Notes under the pieces: model-generated
Database searches by the model: none
Seen by the model: only the letters and a program-made list of their open reading frames with translations
What the model was told of the DNA's origin: nothing
Source of the DNA: Minisyncoccota bacterium
Lineage (GTDB): Bacteria > Patescibacteriota > Minisyncoccia > Minisyncoccales > GWA2-38-27
Length of the DNA: 64,000 bases
Direction: 5' to 3'
NCBI GenBank assembly: GCA_028697015.1
Contig: JAQVFW010000002.1
Coordinates: forward strand, 5,287-69,286
Translations under genes and position numbers: made by a program
Shown: one piece after another, positions 18,944 through 28,512 of the stretch
How positions within the stretch are numbered: the stretch's first letter is position 1
How the letters are laid out: the number at the start of each line of letters is the position of its first letter

Positions 18944-19483
18944 TTATTTTTTAAAACACTTTGGGCAAAAGAAAGATGCTTTATAATAATTTTCTCCCAC
19001 AGATAAATCTTTAATCAAATTTAAAACAAGGTCTGTTGAACAATGTCTGCAAGAAAGCTGGAAATATCCGAAATCTTTTAATAAATCCTTAGCCCCTAAA
19101 AGGTCTTCCTTTAAAGACAACTTGTATGACTTTTGTTCGCCCATGGCAATTCTAACCCTTGAGACAACTTCGTTTGGAGTAACTCTGTCCATTGAAATAA
19201 AATCTTTGGCGTTAAGTTCAATGGCTTTTTCTTTCTCATCCTTTCTTTCTGTGGAAGAAAAAATAATAACGGGAATATTTTTAATGCTTTTTAAAATATC
19301 ATAACCGCTTATCTCTTCCGTATCTATATCAGCAAGAACAATATCCGGTTTTTCTTTTTCAACCAAATGTAAAACATCTCTGCCGTTATTGGTTTGAAAA
19401 ACCTTAAATCCGGCCGCTTCAAAAATCTCGCAATAAGCGCTTCTCATTATATTATTTTTGATGGCAACAATCAGTTTTTTCAT
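18944..19483 (-). CDS. Atypical receiver-domain (CheY-like) protein with C-terminal Cys4 zinc-ribbon
   Basis: Receiver-like fold (PDIVLADIDTEEISGYDILK) lacking the N-terminal DD pair. C-terminal CRHC...CPKC. Confidence 0.5.
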   Translation of the reverse strand: MKKLIVAIKNNIMRSAYCEIFEAAGFKVFQTNNGRDVLHLVEKEKPDIVLADIDTEEISGYDILKSIKNIPVIIFSSTERKDEKEKAIELNAKDFISMDRVTPNEVVSRVRIAMGEQKSYKLSLKEDLLGAKDLLKDFGYFQLSCRHCSTDLVLNLIKDLSVGENYYKASFFCPKCFKK

Positions 19484-19501
19484 TCTTCTATTCTAACTTT
19501 T

Positions 19502-21442
19502 CTATTTTTGTTTATCAAGGATTTTCTTTATTTGGTTAACGCTTTCGGGATTTGCAAGAGTACTAAGGTCTCCAAGTTCCTCTTTTGAAAAAAGCTTTCT
19601 TAATATTCTTCTCATTATTTTCCCGGACCTTGTTTTTGGCAAGTCATTTATAATATATATTTTTTTGGGAGTTGCAATTGGTCCTATCTCTTTTCTAATT
19701 TGGAAGATTATCTCTTTTTCAATTTCGCTTGTTTCTCTCTCTTTTTTTAAAACAACAAAAGCAACAGGCATTTCCCCTTTTATTTCATCGGGAATTCCAA
19801 CCACGGCGCATTCCACTACATCCTTATGCAAAGAAATAGCACTTTCCATTTCTCCAGTAGACAATCTGTGTCCGGCTGTTTTTATAACATCATCAGCTCT
19901 TCCAATTATTCTTATAAGGCCGTTTTTATCTCTTAGGGCCTTGTCGCTTGTAAAATATATTTCTTTTCCGTATTGGTTAAAATACGTCTCAATGTATTTT
20001 TTTTCATCCTTATATACTCCCCTCAAAAGACCCGGAGCAAAAGGAGGAAGAACAACTAAATTTCCTTGTTTTTCTGGAAGGCAAGAATTCCCATTATCGT
20101 CTAAAATATCCGTTTTTATTCCCGGAAATGGCAATCCGGCAAAAGTTGGCTTAAACGGACCGATTCCAGGCAAAGATGTTATAAGTATTCCCCCTGTTTC
20201 CGTTTGCCACCAGGTATCAACCAAGGGGCATTTTCCCTTTCCTACTTCTTTTAGATACCAATTCCAAGCAGAATGGTCTATCGGTTCTCCGACAGAACCA
20301 AGAACTCTTAATGTTTCCATTTTATGCTTTTTAACAATTTCTGATGCATTTTTTTCAAACATCCTGATTGCTGTTGGAGAAGTATAAAAAGCGGTTACTT
20401 TGTATTTTTCTATAATCTTGCACCATCTGCCAGAATCTGGAAAGTCAGGAGTTCCTTCATACATGACAAAAGTAGAGCCGGAAAGAAGCGGACCGTAAAT
20501 AGTATAAGTATGGCCTGTAATCCATCCAACATCGGCCATTGACCAAAAAACATCGTCATCTTTTAAATTGAAAATCCATTTACTTGTAAATTTTGCCTGA
20601 ACCGTATAGCCGGCGCAAGTATGGACGATTCCCTTTGGTTTGCCCGTAGAACCGCTGGTATAAAGTATAAAAAGAGTATCTTCCGAATTCATCGCTTTTG
20701 AGTCGCATTTGTCTTTTTCTTTATTTAAAAGATCATCCCACCATAAATCTCTTAAAAAGGTCATAGAAACTTTATTTCTCGCTCGCTTTACGACAATTAT
20801 TTTTTCCACTTTAGTTTCCAATACTCCTTCATCAGCATTTTTTTTCAAATCAATAATTTTACCTCTTCTATAATATCCGTCGGCAGTTATTAATATCTTT
20901 GCCTTAGTATCTTCTAATCTCACTTTCAAAGCTGAAGGCGAAAAAGCGGAAAAGACAACTACATGAATAGCTCCGATTTTGGCGCAAGCAAGCATTGAAA
21001 TAGCAACTTCCGGAATCATAGGAAGATAAATTCCCACCCTATCCCCCTTTTTAACTCCTAGCTTTTTTAAAGCATTAGCGGCCTTGTTTACTTCTTTGTA
21101 AAGCTGGTAATAGGTGAAAATTCTTTCTTTCTCTTTTTCGTTTTCCGGCTCAAAAATAAGGGCAATTTTATCTTTGTTTTTCTCCAAATTTTTATCAAGA
21201 GCATTTTCTGTAATGTTAATTTTTCCTTTATCAAACCACTTAAAAAAAGGCGGTTTATGAATAAACGCCTTTTGCCATTTTTTTCTCCAAAAAAGCTCCT
21301 TTGCAAGCTTTTCCCAAAATAAAACAGGATCTTCTGTCGCTTTTTTATAAATCGAATTGCTATTTATCAAGGCCTCTTTTTTAAAATCTTCCGAAGGATA
21401 ATAAAAGAGGCCTTTTTTAATAAGATTTTTTCTTTTTGGCAT
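19502..21442 (-). CDS. acs: Acetyl-CoA synthetase (AMP-forming)
   Basis: [14 protein letters not shown]-binding motif, [10 protein letters not shown]-terminal lysine motif ([11 protein letters not shown]). 646 aa. Confidence 0.9.
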   Translation of the reverse strand: MPKRKNLIKKGLFYYPSEDFKKEALINSNSIYKKATEDPVLFWEKLAKELFWRKKWQKAFIHKPPFFKWFDKGKINITENALDKNLEKNKDKIALIFEPENEKEKERIFTYYQLYKEVNKAANALKKLGVKKGDRVGIYLPMIPEVAISMLACAKIGAIHVVVFSAFSPSALKVRLEDTKAKILITADGYYRRGKIIDLKKNADEGVLETKVEKIIVVKRARNKVSMTFLRDLWWDDLLNKEKDKCDSKAMNSEDTLFILYTSGSTGKPKGIVHTCAGYTVQAKFTSKWIFNLKDDDVFWSMADVGWITGHTYTIYGPLLSGSTFVMYEGTPDFPDSGRWCKIIEKYKVTAFYTSPTAIRMFEKNASEIVKKHKMETLRVLGSVGEPIDHSAWNWYLKEVGKGKCPLVDTWWQTETGGILITSLPGIGPFKPTFAGLPFPGIKTDILDDNGNSCLPEKQGNLVVLPPFAPGLLRGVYKDEKKYIETYFNQYGKEIYFTSDKALRDKNGLIRIIGRADDVIKTAGHRLSTGEMESAISLHKDVVECAVVGIPDEIKGEMPVAFVVLKKERETSEIEKEIIFQIRKEIGPIATPKKIYIINDLPKTRSGKIMRRILRKLFSKEELGDLSTLANPESVNQIKKILDKQK

Positions 21443-21451
21443 TTATAAAAG

Positions 21452-22462
21452 TTACTTCTTTATCTTTTTGCCCACATATTCTCCAAATTCAGAAAGACGA
21501 CAAGCATATGCATATTCATTATCATACCAGGCAACAACTTTTATAATATTTTCATTAACCATTAAAGAAGGAATATCTATTATGGCAGAATTTGGATTAC
21601 CAATGTAATCTGTAGAAACAAGAGGCGCTTCCTCGACCGAAAAAATTCCTTTCAGATTATTCTCCGCATTTTTAAATAATCTAATAAGTTCTTCTTTTGT
21701 CGTCTTTTTTTCCGTTTCAACAAAAAGATCAAGAAGAGAAACAATTGGTGTCGGAACCCTAAGAGCAATTCCGTCAATTCTGCCATAAAGTTCGGGAATA
21801 ACCTTTGAAATAGCTTTTGCAGCTCCGGTAGAAGTGGGAATAATATTTAAGGCCGCAGCTCTTGCTCTTCTTAAATCTTTGTGCGGAAGGTCAAGGATTT
21901 TTTGATCGTTGGTATAACTATGAACCGTAGTCATAAATCCTTTTTTAATAACAAGAGCGTCGTTTATTATTTTAGAAACAGGAGCAAGGCAATTTGTAGT
22001 ACAGGAACCCATATCTACAATTTTATCCTTCTTTGGATCAAACTTATCTTCATTTACTCCTAAAATATAGCTGGGAATTTCACTGTCTTTTGAAGGAGCT
22101 GAAATAATCACCTGTTTTGCTCCAGATGCTATATGCTTATTTGAACCTTCAAGGGAATTAAAATGTCCAGTACATTCAAAAACAATATCAACTTCCAATT
22201 TTTCCCAAGGAAGATTTGAAGGGTCCGTTTCAGAAAAAACCAAAAACTCCTTATCGTCAACAGATATTCCGTCTTTTAAAGGAATAATTTTTCTATTATA
22301 TGTTCGATAAACAGAATCATATTTAAGAAGATGAGCTAACGTTTCATTATTTGTTAAATCGTTGATTGCCACAACCTCAATTTCAGGATGTTTATCAAGC
22401 AATATTTTAAATAAAGAACGGCCTATTCTTCCAAAACCGTTAATCGCTATTTTAATTGGCAT
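21452..22462 (-). CDS. gap: Glyceraldehyde-3-phosphate dehydrogenase
   Basis: INGFGRIGR NAD-binding and SCTTNCLAP active-site motifs. Confidence 0.9.
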   Translation of the reverse strand: MPIKIAINGFGRIGRSLFKILLDKHPEIEVVAINDLTNNETLAHLLKYDSVYRTYNRKIIPLKDGISVDDKEFLVFSETDPSNLPWEKLEVDIVFECTGHFNSLEGSNKHIASGAKQVIISAPSKDSEIPSYILGVNEDKFDPKKDKIVDMGSCTTNCLAPVSKIINDALVIKKGFMTTVHSYTNDQKILDLPHKDLRRARAAALNIIPTSTGAAKAISKVIPELYGRIDGIALRVPTPIVSLLDLFVETEKKTTKEELIRLFKNAENNLKGIFSVEEAPLVSTDYIGNPNSAIIDIPSLMVNENIIKVVAWYDNEYAYACRLSEFGEYVGKKIKK

Positions 22463-22471
22463 ACTTTAATT

Positions 22472-22504
22472 TCCCAAGCAGACCGAAAAAAGATCTGCTT
22501 GGGA
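22472..22504 (-). other. 11-bp perfect hairpin 10 nt upstream of the gap start codon
   Basis: TCCCAAGCAGA-11 nt loop-TCTGCTTGGGA. No U-run on the minus strand. Confidence 0.4.
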
Positions 22505-22521
22505 ATACATTTTTTAGGTAA

Positions 22522-22938
22522 TTAAAACTGAGGAAGTAAATCTTGGTCAATCTCGGTTCCTTGTGGAATCATCCATTGATCAGGAGAAAATTCGCTTATT
22601 ACTATCCCTTCCGGAAAGAAAACTTTTCCATCTTTTGTAATATATGAAGAAAAAGGATTCCCAGCAACAAGAATATCAACTTTGTACATCCCTCTTTCTT
22701 CCACAATATTAACAAAAGTTGCAAGGCTCTGTCCCTGAAGCATCATATTGTTAATAAAGTCCATGGCTACTTCTTTTGCTTCATCTTTTGAAAGAGCAGC
22801 GCCCATTTCTGTTCCCGTTTGAGATTGTTCTTGTGACTGATAGCCAAGGTAAATAAAAAATCCCAAAATTACTATACCGATAGAGATAATTATTGCCGGC
22901 AACAAACTTTTTGTTTTGTCCATATTTTTTTTCGACAA
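22522..22938 (-). CDS. Membrane-anchored extracytoplasmic protein, paralog of the N-terminal domain of 23274..23936
   Basis: Shares MDFINNMMLQGQ...YK(V/I)(D/E)I(L/I)V(A/E)G(N/Q)PFSSY(I/L)TKDGK(V/F)FFPE with the neighbouring fused protein. Confidence 0.45.
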   Translation of the reverse strand: MSKKNMDKTKSLLPAIIISIGIVILGFFIYLGYQSQEQSQTGTEMGAALSKDEAKEVAMDFINNMMLQGQSLATFVNIVEERGMYKVDILVAGNPFSSYITKDGKVFFPEGIVISEFSPDQWMIPQGTEIDQDLLPQF

Positions 22939-23004
22939 TTAAGGCCCCGTGGTAATAAATAGCAAGAAGCGCCAAAAGCCGAAATATTAATATTATTTAT
23001 TTTT

Positions 23005-23238
23005 TTAAAGTCCCAATAATTGGGATATTTTTTCTTTATCAAATCCTATTACAATTTCCCCGCCTATATCAAGAACGGGCACACCCATCTGACCGGACTT
23101 GCTTATCATTTCTTCTGCCGCTTTTTCGTCCGCAGAAACGTCAATCTCTTCAAATTCAATATTATTATCCTTCAAAAAGTTTTTGACAGTTACACAGTAC
23201 GGACAAACAGGAGTAGTATATACGAGAATTTTTTCCAT
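23005..23238 (-). CDS. Glutaredoxin (CPYC active site)
   Basis: MEKILVYTTPVCPYCVTVKNFL...GQMGVPVL. Start taken at internal ATG (the listed ORF begins with TTG). Confidence 0.7.
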   Translation of the reverse strand: MEKILVYTTPVCPYCVTVKNFLKDNNIEFEEIDVSADEKAAEEMISKSGQMGVPVLDIGGEIVIGFDKEKISQLLGL

Positions 23239-23273
23239 GATTTTTATTGAAATTAAACTTTTCTGACCTTTAA

Positions 23274-23936
23274 TTATCCGCAATTAGTGGCCGCGGCAAA
23301 CCCTTCAAGAGTCCTTTGTCCTTGGTATGGTTTATCGTCAATAAGTATTGTGGGATATCCAGTTACTCCTTTTTCTCTGCAAAGCGTTTCTTCAACCGTA
23401 CATTCAACATAAACCGGTTCAATAACTTCCTTGCCTCCGAATGATTTAACTACCTCTGCGCAATACGGGCACCAGTCAGCTCCATAAACAACGAATTTCT
23501 TTTCCTTTAGACAAGATACTAGGCTATTAATATCCCCGCTGTAACTTGTTTCTGAAGGGTTTTGGCTTTCTTGATTGTTTATATTAACAGGAGGTTGAGT
23601 TGCAGCAAGGGCTTTAATTTCCTCAACATTCAACGCTTCCGGAAAGAAAAACTTTCCATCTTTTGTCAGATATGAAGAAAACGGCTGTCCCTCTACTATT
23701 ATTTCGATTTTATAAAGACCGTACTCTTCCGTTATTTTTGAAAAGGAAGCTATAGCTTGTCCCTGCATCATGGTATTGTTTATAAAATCCATGGTTAATG
23801 TCGTCGCTTCTTCCTGTGAAAGAACAACTCCTTCGCTATTTTTTTGTGACTGAAGGTTTGGATAAACAATTGCTCCGGCAATCATAATTGAAGCAACAAC
23901 GATTGCAAGAGAAAGTATATTTTTATCTTTTAGCAT
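23274..23936 (-). CDS. Membrane-anchored two-domain protein: paralogous extracytoplasmic domain fused to a CPYC glutaredoxin/thioredoxin-like domain
   Basis: N-terminal TM, middle domain homologous to 22522..22938, C-terminal FVVYGADWCPYCAEV...TGYPTILIDDKPYQG. Confidence 0.55.
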   Translation of the reverse strand: MLKDKNILSLAIVVASIMIAGAIVYPNLQSQKNSEGVVLSQEEATTLTMDFINNTMMQGQAIASFSKITEEYGLYKIEIIVEGQPFSSYLTKDGKFFFPEALNVEEIKALAATQPPVNINNQESQNPSETSYSGDINSLVSCLKEKKFVVYGADWCPYCAEVVKSFGGKEVIEPVYVECTVEETLCREKGVTGYPTILIDDKPYQGQRTLEGFAAATNCG

Positions 23937-24030
23937 ATTTTTATTATTTTTATTATTTTTATTTTACGCCCTCTGCATTATATTATCATAATTATTTTAC
24001 AAGTGCAAGAATTGTTATTTATTGCAATAT

Positions 24031-24717
24031 TCAAATATTTTCAAAGTGTTTTTTGCTTTTTAAATTCATTTTTTCGTCAAATTGATATTCTAAAATTCCG
24101 CCAAAAGGAAATTCAACGCCTGCTATTTTTTCACTTGAAATATTTTCTATATATTTTACTATCGCCCTTAAGCTATTATGGCTTGATACTACCATTATAT
24201 TTCTGTTTTTTTTAATGTCTTTTTCTATGTATTTTTTAAAAAAAGGAACAACTCTATTGTAAACATCTTTAAGGGACTCTCCATTTGGAGGAGCAATATT
24301 ATAGCTTCTGCGCCAAAGATTTACTTTTTCTTCTCCATATTTTTCAATAGTTTCTTTCTTATTAAGGCCCTGTAATTTTCCATAATATCTCTCATTTAAT
24401 TTTTCCGTAACGTATACAGGAATATCGTTTTCTGAAATATCTACAAAGTTTCCCCATTTTTGCATTTTTCCCTTATCTAAATGTATAAAAAAAGGATATT
24501 TATTATCAATATTTTCGAAAATCTTAGCAACGGTATCTTGGTTTCTGAAAAGAGGAGAAGTATAAGCAACATCTATTTTATTTCTGAAAATTATTTTTGA
24601 CAAATAAGCGGCTTTTTGAAATTCCCCTTTTGCAATAGGTCCGTCCGTCCATCCGGCAAATCTATTATCTTTATTCCATTGTGATTTTAAATGTCTTACT
24701 AAAATTATCTTTGGCAT
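24031..24717 (-). CDS. gpmA: 2,3-bisphosphoglycerate-dependent phosphoglycerate mutase
   Basis: LVRHLKSQWN...RFAGWTD histidine-phosphatase motif. 228 aa. Confidence 0.8.
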   Translation of the reverse strand: MPKIILVRHLKSQWNKDNRFAGWTDGPIAKGEFQKAAYLSKIIFRNKIDVAYTSPLFRNQDTVAKIFENIDNKYPFFIHLDKGKMQKWGNFVDISENDIPVYVTEKLNERYYGKLQGLNKKETIEKYGEEKVNLWRRSYNIAPPNGESLKDVYNRVVPFFKKYIEKDIKKNRNIMVVSSHNSLRAIVKYIENISSEKIAGVEFPFGGILEYQFDEKMNLKSKKHFENI

Positions 24718-24724
24718 GGCATTT

Positions 24725-25924
24725 TTAATTTATTTCCTGATAAATTTCAAGAAGGCGATTATACTTAACAACTCTTTCTCCTCTCGCAGGAGCTCCCGTT
24801 TTGATATAATCAGAAGAAATCCCCACCGAAAGATCGGCTATAAAATCATCCATTGTTTCTCCTGAACGATGAGAAATCATTATCTTTAGCCCTTTATCTT
24901 TTGCTTCTCTTATTGCCTCCATTGTTTCATAAACGGTTCCTATTTGATTGGGCTTTATTATTACTCCGCCTATAAGATCTTCTTCGGCAGCAAAAGAAAT
25001 TAAGCTTTTATTTGTTACGGTAAGATCGTCTCCGATAATTAAAGTTTTTTTCGCTTCTTTTTTTAAGGCCCTAAATCCTTCTATATCTTCCTCTTCAAAA
25101 GGATCTTCCATTGAAAAAATAGGATAACTCTTTATAAGGTCCAGATAAAACTTCAAAAGTCCGTCTCTTGTAAAAACATTGTTTTCAAGATGATATTCTT
25201 TGTTCTTATAAAAATAAGAAGCGGCGCAATCAAGGCCTATTTTGGTATCTTTTTTGATTATAGAGGAGATAATATCAAGAGCATGCACAGAAGATAAAAT
25301 AGGAGGAGAAAATCCCCCCTCATCTCCCACATTAATAGCTCCTTTGCCGTATTTTTTAACCAGTTCTTTTTTTAAATTTTGATAAATAAGAGCTCCTTCT
25401 TCAAGATTTTCTTTATAATTTTCTTTTTGAGGGATAACCATGAATTCCTGAATGTCTAAATTATTTCCGGCATGACTTCCTCCGTTTATAATATTAAAAC
25501 AAGGAAGAGGAAAACTTCCTTCTTTTTTATTATAAAGGTTTTGAATATGCCTATAAAGAGGAATGTTGTAATGAGCAGCCGATGCTTTTAAAACAGCAAT
25601 TGATACAGGAAGTAAAGAATTTGCCCCTAAATTTGACTTGTTTTCCGTTTTATCAAGCTCAATTAATTTTTTATCAAACTTTTCTTGATCTAAAATATTA
25701 AGATCTTTTATCGCCGAATAAATTATTTCATTGATATTTGATACGCAAGACAATACCTTTCCGTTTTTATCCCTTATTTCAACCGCCTCTCTTTTGCCAA
25801 CCGAAGCGCCAGAAGGAGAAGAAGCTTTAAATTTTCCGTCTTTTGTAATAACTAAAACTTCTGTCGTAAAATTACCTCTTGAGTCCAAAATCTGTCTTGC
25901 TTTTAGTTCTTCAATTTTTTTCAT
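24725..25924 (-). CDS. eno: Enolase (short form)
   Basis: IIKPNQIGTVYET and SHRSGETMDDFIADL enolase signatures. Confidence 0.85.
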   Translation of the reverse strand: MKKIEELKARQILDSRGNFTTEVLVITKDGKFKASSPSGASVGKREAVEIRDKNGKVLSCVSNINEIIYSAIKDLNILDQEKFDKKLIELDKTENKSNLGANSLLPVSIAVLKASAAHYNIPLYRHIQNLYNKKEGSFPLPCFNIINGGSHAGNNLDIQEFMVIPQKENYKENLEEGALIYQNLKKELVKKYGKGAINVGDEGGFSPPILSSVHALDIISSIIKKDTKIGLDCAASYFYKNKEYHLENNVFTRDGLLKFYLDLIKSYPIFSMEDPFEEEDIEGFRALKKEAKKTLIIGDDLTVTNKSLISFAAEEDLIGGVIIKPNQIGTVYETMEAIREAKDKGLKIMISHRSGETMDDFIADLSVGISSDYIKTGAPARGERVVKYNRLLEIYQEIN

Positions 25925-26849
25925 TTTTAAACTCTCTTAAATATTTATAAGCCGATAAAACCGCCTTGCATCCTTCTCCCGCCGCTGTGACTATTTGCTT
26001 ATATCCCCCGGCTTTAACGTCGCCAGCGGAAAAAAGTCCCGGCGTTTTTGTTTTAAGAGTTTCACATTCAATAATAATTTCATCTCTTTCATTAAAATCA
26101 ACCAAGTTCTTTACAAAAGATGTTGCCGGTAAATTGCCTATTTCAATAAAAACTCCTTGGAGAGATAGTTCTTTTTCTTCTTTTGTCTTTAAATCTTCGT
26201 AAATAATCTTTTCAACAAAATCATTTCCTTTTATTTCTTTAACAGACGCATTTTTTATAATTTCAATTTTTTCGGATTTTTCAGCTTCATTTTTATTTTT
26301 TTCGTCGGCATTTAATTCTTCTTTGAATTCCAAAACATATATTTTACTTGCATAATTTTCCATAAAAAGAGCCGCTTCAAGACCAGCGTTTCCTCCTCCT
26401 ATTACTGCAATCTGTTTGTTTTTAAATAAAGGGCCGTCGCAAGTAACACAGTAACTGACGCCTTTTCCTATAAACTCTTTTTCTCCGGGAACTTCAAGCG
26501 GTCTTGGATCGGCACCGGTTGAAATAATAACTGTCTTTGACAAAAAACGCTCTTTTTCTGCGGTATGAACAATAAAATTATCTCCTTCTTTTTCTATGTT
26601 TGCAACTTTAGTAAGCTTTATTTCTATATCTTGTTTTCTAAGATGGCTTATGAAATTTTCCACCAATTCTAGTCCCGTTATTTCCGGAATTCCCGGCCAA
26701 TTTTCAATTTTAACAGCTTTTTTGGCTATTTGTCCGCCAAATTCTTTTGTAATCAAAAGGGTCTTCATTCTTTGTCTGCCGGCATATATTCCGGCGGTTA
26801 TCCCGGCAGGACCTCCGCCTATAATAATTAAATCGTAAGTCATTAACAT
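25911..26849 (-). CDS. trxB: Thioredoxin reductase
   Basis: DLIIIGGGPAG FAD motif, CVTCDG redox-active disulfide, second GGGNAG NADPH motif. Confidence 0.85.
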   Translation of the reverse strand: MLMTYDLIIIGGGPAGITAGIYAGRQRMKTLLITKEFGGQIAKKAVKIENWPGIPEITGLELVENFISHLRKQDIEIKLTKVANIEKEGDNFIVHTAEKERFLSKTVIISTGADPRPLEVPGEKEFIGKGVSYCVTCDGPLFKNKQIAVIGGGNAGLEAALFMENYASKIYVLEFKEELNADEKNKNEAEKSEKIEIIKNASVKEIKGNDFVEKIIYEDLKTKEEKELSLQGVFIEIGNLPATSFVKNLVDFNERDEIIIECETLKTKTPGLFSAGDVKAGGYKQIVTAAGEGCKAVLSAYKYLREFKNEKN

Positions 26850-26857
26850 TTTTTATT

Positions 26858-27634
26858 TTATACCGAAAGCCATCCCCCATCAACGGGAATAACTGCTCCT
26901 GTCATATACGAAGAACTGTCAGAACATAGGAACAAAACAACGTTTGCTATCTCTTCCGGCTTTCCCATTCTTTTCATCGGAATTCTTGAAAGAGTTGCTT
27001 TTAATCCTTCCTTGTCGGACTTTATAGGGTCAACCATGGGCGTTTCAATAACTCCTGGAGCAATGGCATTGACTCTTATGTTATAAGGGGCAAGGTCTAT
27101 TGCTAGAGCTTCTGTCATTCCGGCTATCCCTCCTTTTGAAGAAACATAGTGAACAAGGGAAGGAAAACCAACTCCGACTTGGCCCATTGCTATTGAACCG
27201 ATATTTACTATTACTCCTGATTTTTGCTTTGCCATTATGTCTGAAGCAGCCCTGGCGCAAAGAAAATATCCTTTTAGGTTTATATCAATTGTTTTGTTCC
27301 AATCCTCTTCTGTCATTTCTAAAAACGGTTTAAATTGGGTAATTCCGGCATTATTAACTAATATGTCTATTTTCCCCCACTCTTCAACCGTTTTCTTTAT
27401 CAGATTATCAACTTCTTCTTTCTTGGAAACATCGCATTTTATGGCAATTGCTTCTCCTCCTTTTTCTTTTATCTCTTCAACAACTTTTAAGCATTCTTCT
27501 TCTGAAATATCCGAAACAACAACTTTTACCCCATATTTAGCCAAAACCAAAGAATGAGCTTTTCCCATTCCCCTTCTTGCTCCGGTAACAATGGCTACTT
27601 TGCCTTCAAGATTGAAAAGATTTGAATTTGTCAT
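26858..27634 (-). CDS. SDR-family oxidoreductase (FabG-like 3-oxoacyl reductase)
   Basis: VAIVTGARRGMG, NNAG, YVSSKGG (YxxxK) motifs. Confidence 0.7.
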   Translation of the reverse strand: MTNSNLFNLEGKVAIVTGARRGMGKAHSLVLAKYGVKVVVSDISEEECLKVVEEIKEKGGEAIAIKCDVSKKEEVDNLIKKTVEEWGKIDILVNNAGITQFKPFLEMTEEDWNKTIDINLKGYFLCARAASDIMAKQKSGVIVNIGSIAMGQVGVGFPSLVHYVSSKGGIAGMTEALAIDLAPYNIRVNAIAPGVIETPMVDPIKSDKEGLKATLSRIPMKRMGKPEEIANVVLFLCSDSSSYMTGAVIPVDGGWLSV

Positions 27635-27643
27635 ATTTTTTTA

Positions 27644-28507
27644 TTATTTAATGGCCTCTGGAATGGCAGATATTAAATCCGTCGCCATTACCCCTTCGCC
27701 ATATTTTTTAATTGCTATTTCTCCAGCAAGCCCGTTAATATAGGCTGATGCCTTTGCCGATTTAAAAACATCGTTTCCTCTTGCAAGCATGGCTCCTGCA
27801 ATTCCAGCCAAAGTATCGCCCATGCCTCCTTTTGTCATTAAAGAAGATCCGGTTTCATTTATGGCAACATTCTCTCCGTCTGAAATAATATCAATATTGC
27901 CTTTAAGCAATATCGTTGTCTGAAGGCGCTTTGCCTGCTCTTTCACAACAGAAACTTTTTCACCAAGTGACATTCCGTCTACATTTTTTTTTGTCAAAAC
28001 GAAAAACTCATAACTGTGAGGTGTAAGTAAAAATGGCTTTCCCGCTAAAATATTAGTATTAAGAGAAACTGCATGTATTCCGTCAGCGTCAATTACAGAG
28101 GGTACTGAAATCTGAGAAAGATAATCAATGATTGTTTCTTGGACTTCCTTATTTCTTCCCATTCCTCCGCCTATTAAAACAGCTTCCCCTCCTCTTGAAA
28201 TAACTTTAATTGATTCTGTCATTGAAATAATATCGGGCAAATCCTTTTTTGTAAGATTGTCATTTTCAATTGCGCAAGAAACTATATCGGGAGAAAATCC
28301 GGCAATAATATTTGCCGCTCTTTTTGGAGCTACAACCCTTACCATATCAACTCCTGCTCTAAATGCGGAAAGAGCGGAAAGAGCAGGCGAACCGCTATAG
28401 AGCTCCGAACCGCCTATTACAAGAAGAAAACCGTAATCGTATTTTTTAACTTCAGACGGTCTTTTTTTATATATTTCTTTTAAAATTCTTTTATCTATTT
28501 TTTCCAT
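27644..28507 (-). CDS. nnr: ADP-dependent NAD(P)H-hydrate dehydratase (YjeF C-terminal/Nnr2 family)
   Basis: LLVIGGSELYSGSPALSALSAFRAGVDMVRV and GGMGDTLAGIAGAMLA. Confidence 0.75.
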   Translation of the reverse strand: MEKIDKRILKEIYKKRPSEVKKYDYGFLLVIGGSELYSGSPALSALSAFRAGVDMVRVVAPKRAANIIAGFSPDIVSCAIENDNLTKKDLPDIISMTESIKVISRGGEAVLIGGGMGRNKEVQETIIDYLSQISVPSVIDADGIHAVSLNTNILAGKPFLLTPHSYEFFVLTKKNVDGMSLGEKVSVVKEQAKRLQTTILLKGNIDIISDGENVAINETGSSLMTKGGMGDTLAGIAGAMLARGNDVFKSAKASAYINGLAGEIAIKKYGEGVMATDLISAIPEAIK

Positions 28508-28512
28508 ATTTT

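Noticed and set aside
19665-20387. 240-aa plus-strand ORF as a gene. Likewise 47477..48136, 49926..50315, 53853..54320, 55121..55465, 7856..8122 and 35765..35989
   Set aside because: All are antisense shadow ORFs inside well-supported minus-strand genes (acs, pyk, secreted protein, UDG, argS, rpmE, atpA) with low-complexity translations.
23938-23966. Tandem TTTTTATTA x3 repeat upstream of the fused Grx gene as a regulatory repeat
   Set aside because: Short AT-only microsatellite in an AT-rich intergenic region, indistinguishable from background low complexity.
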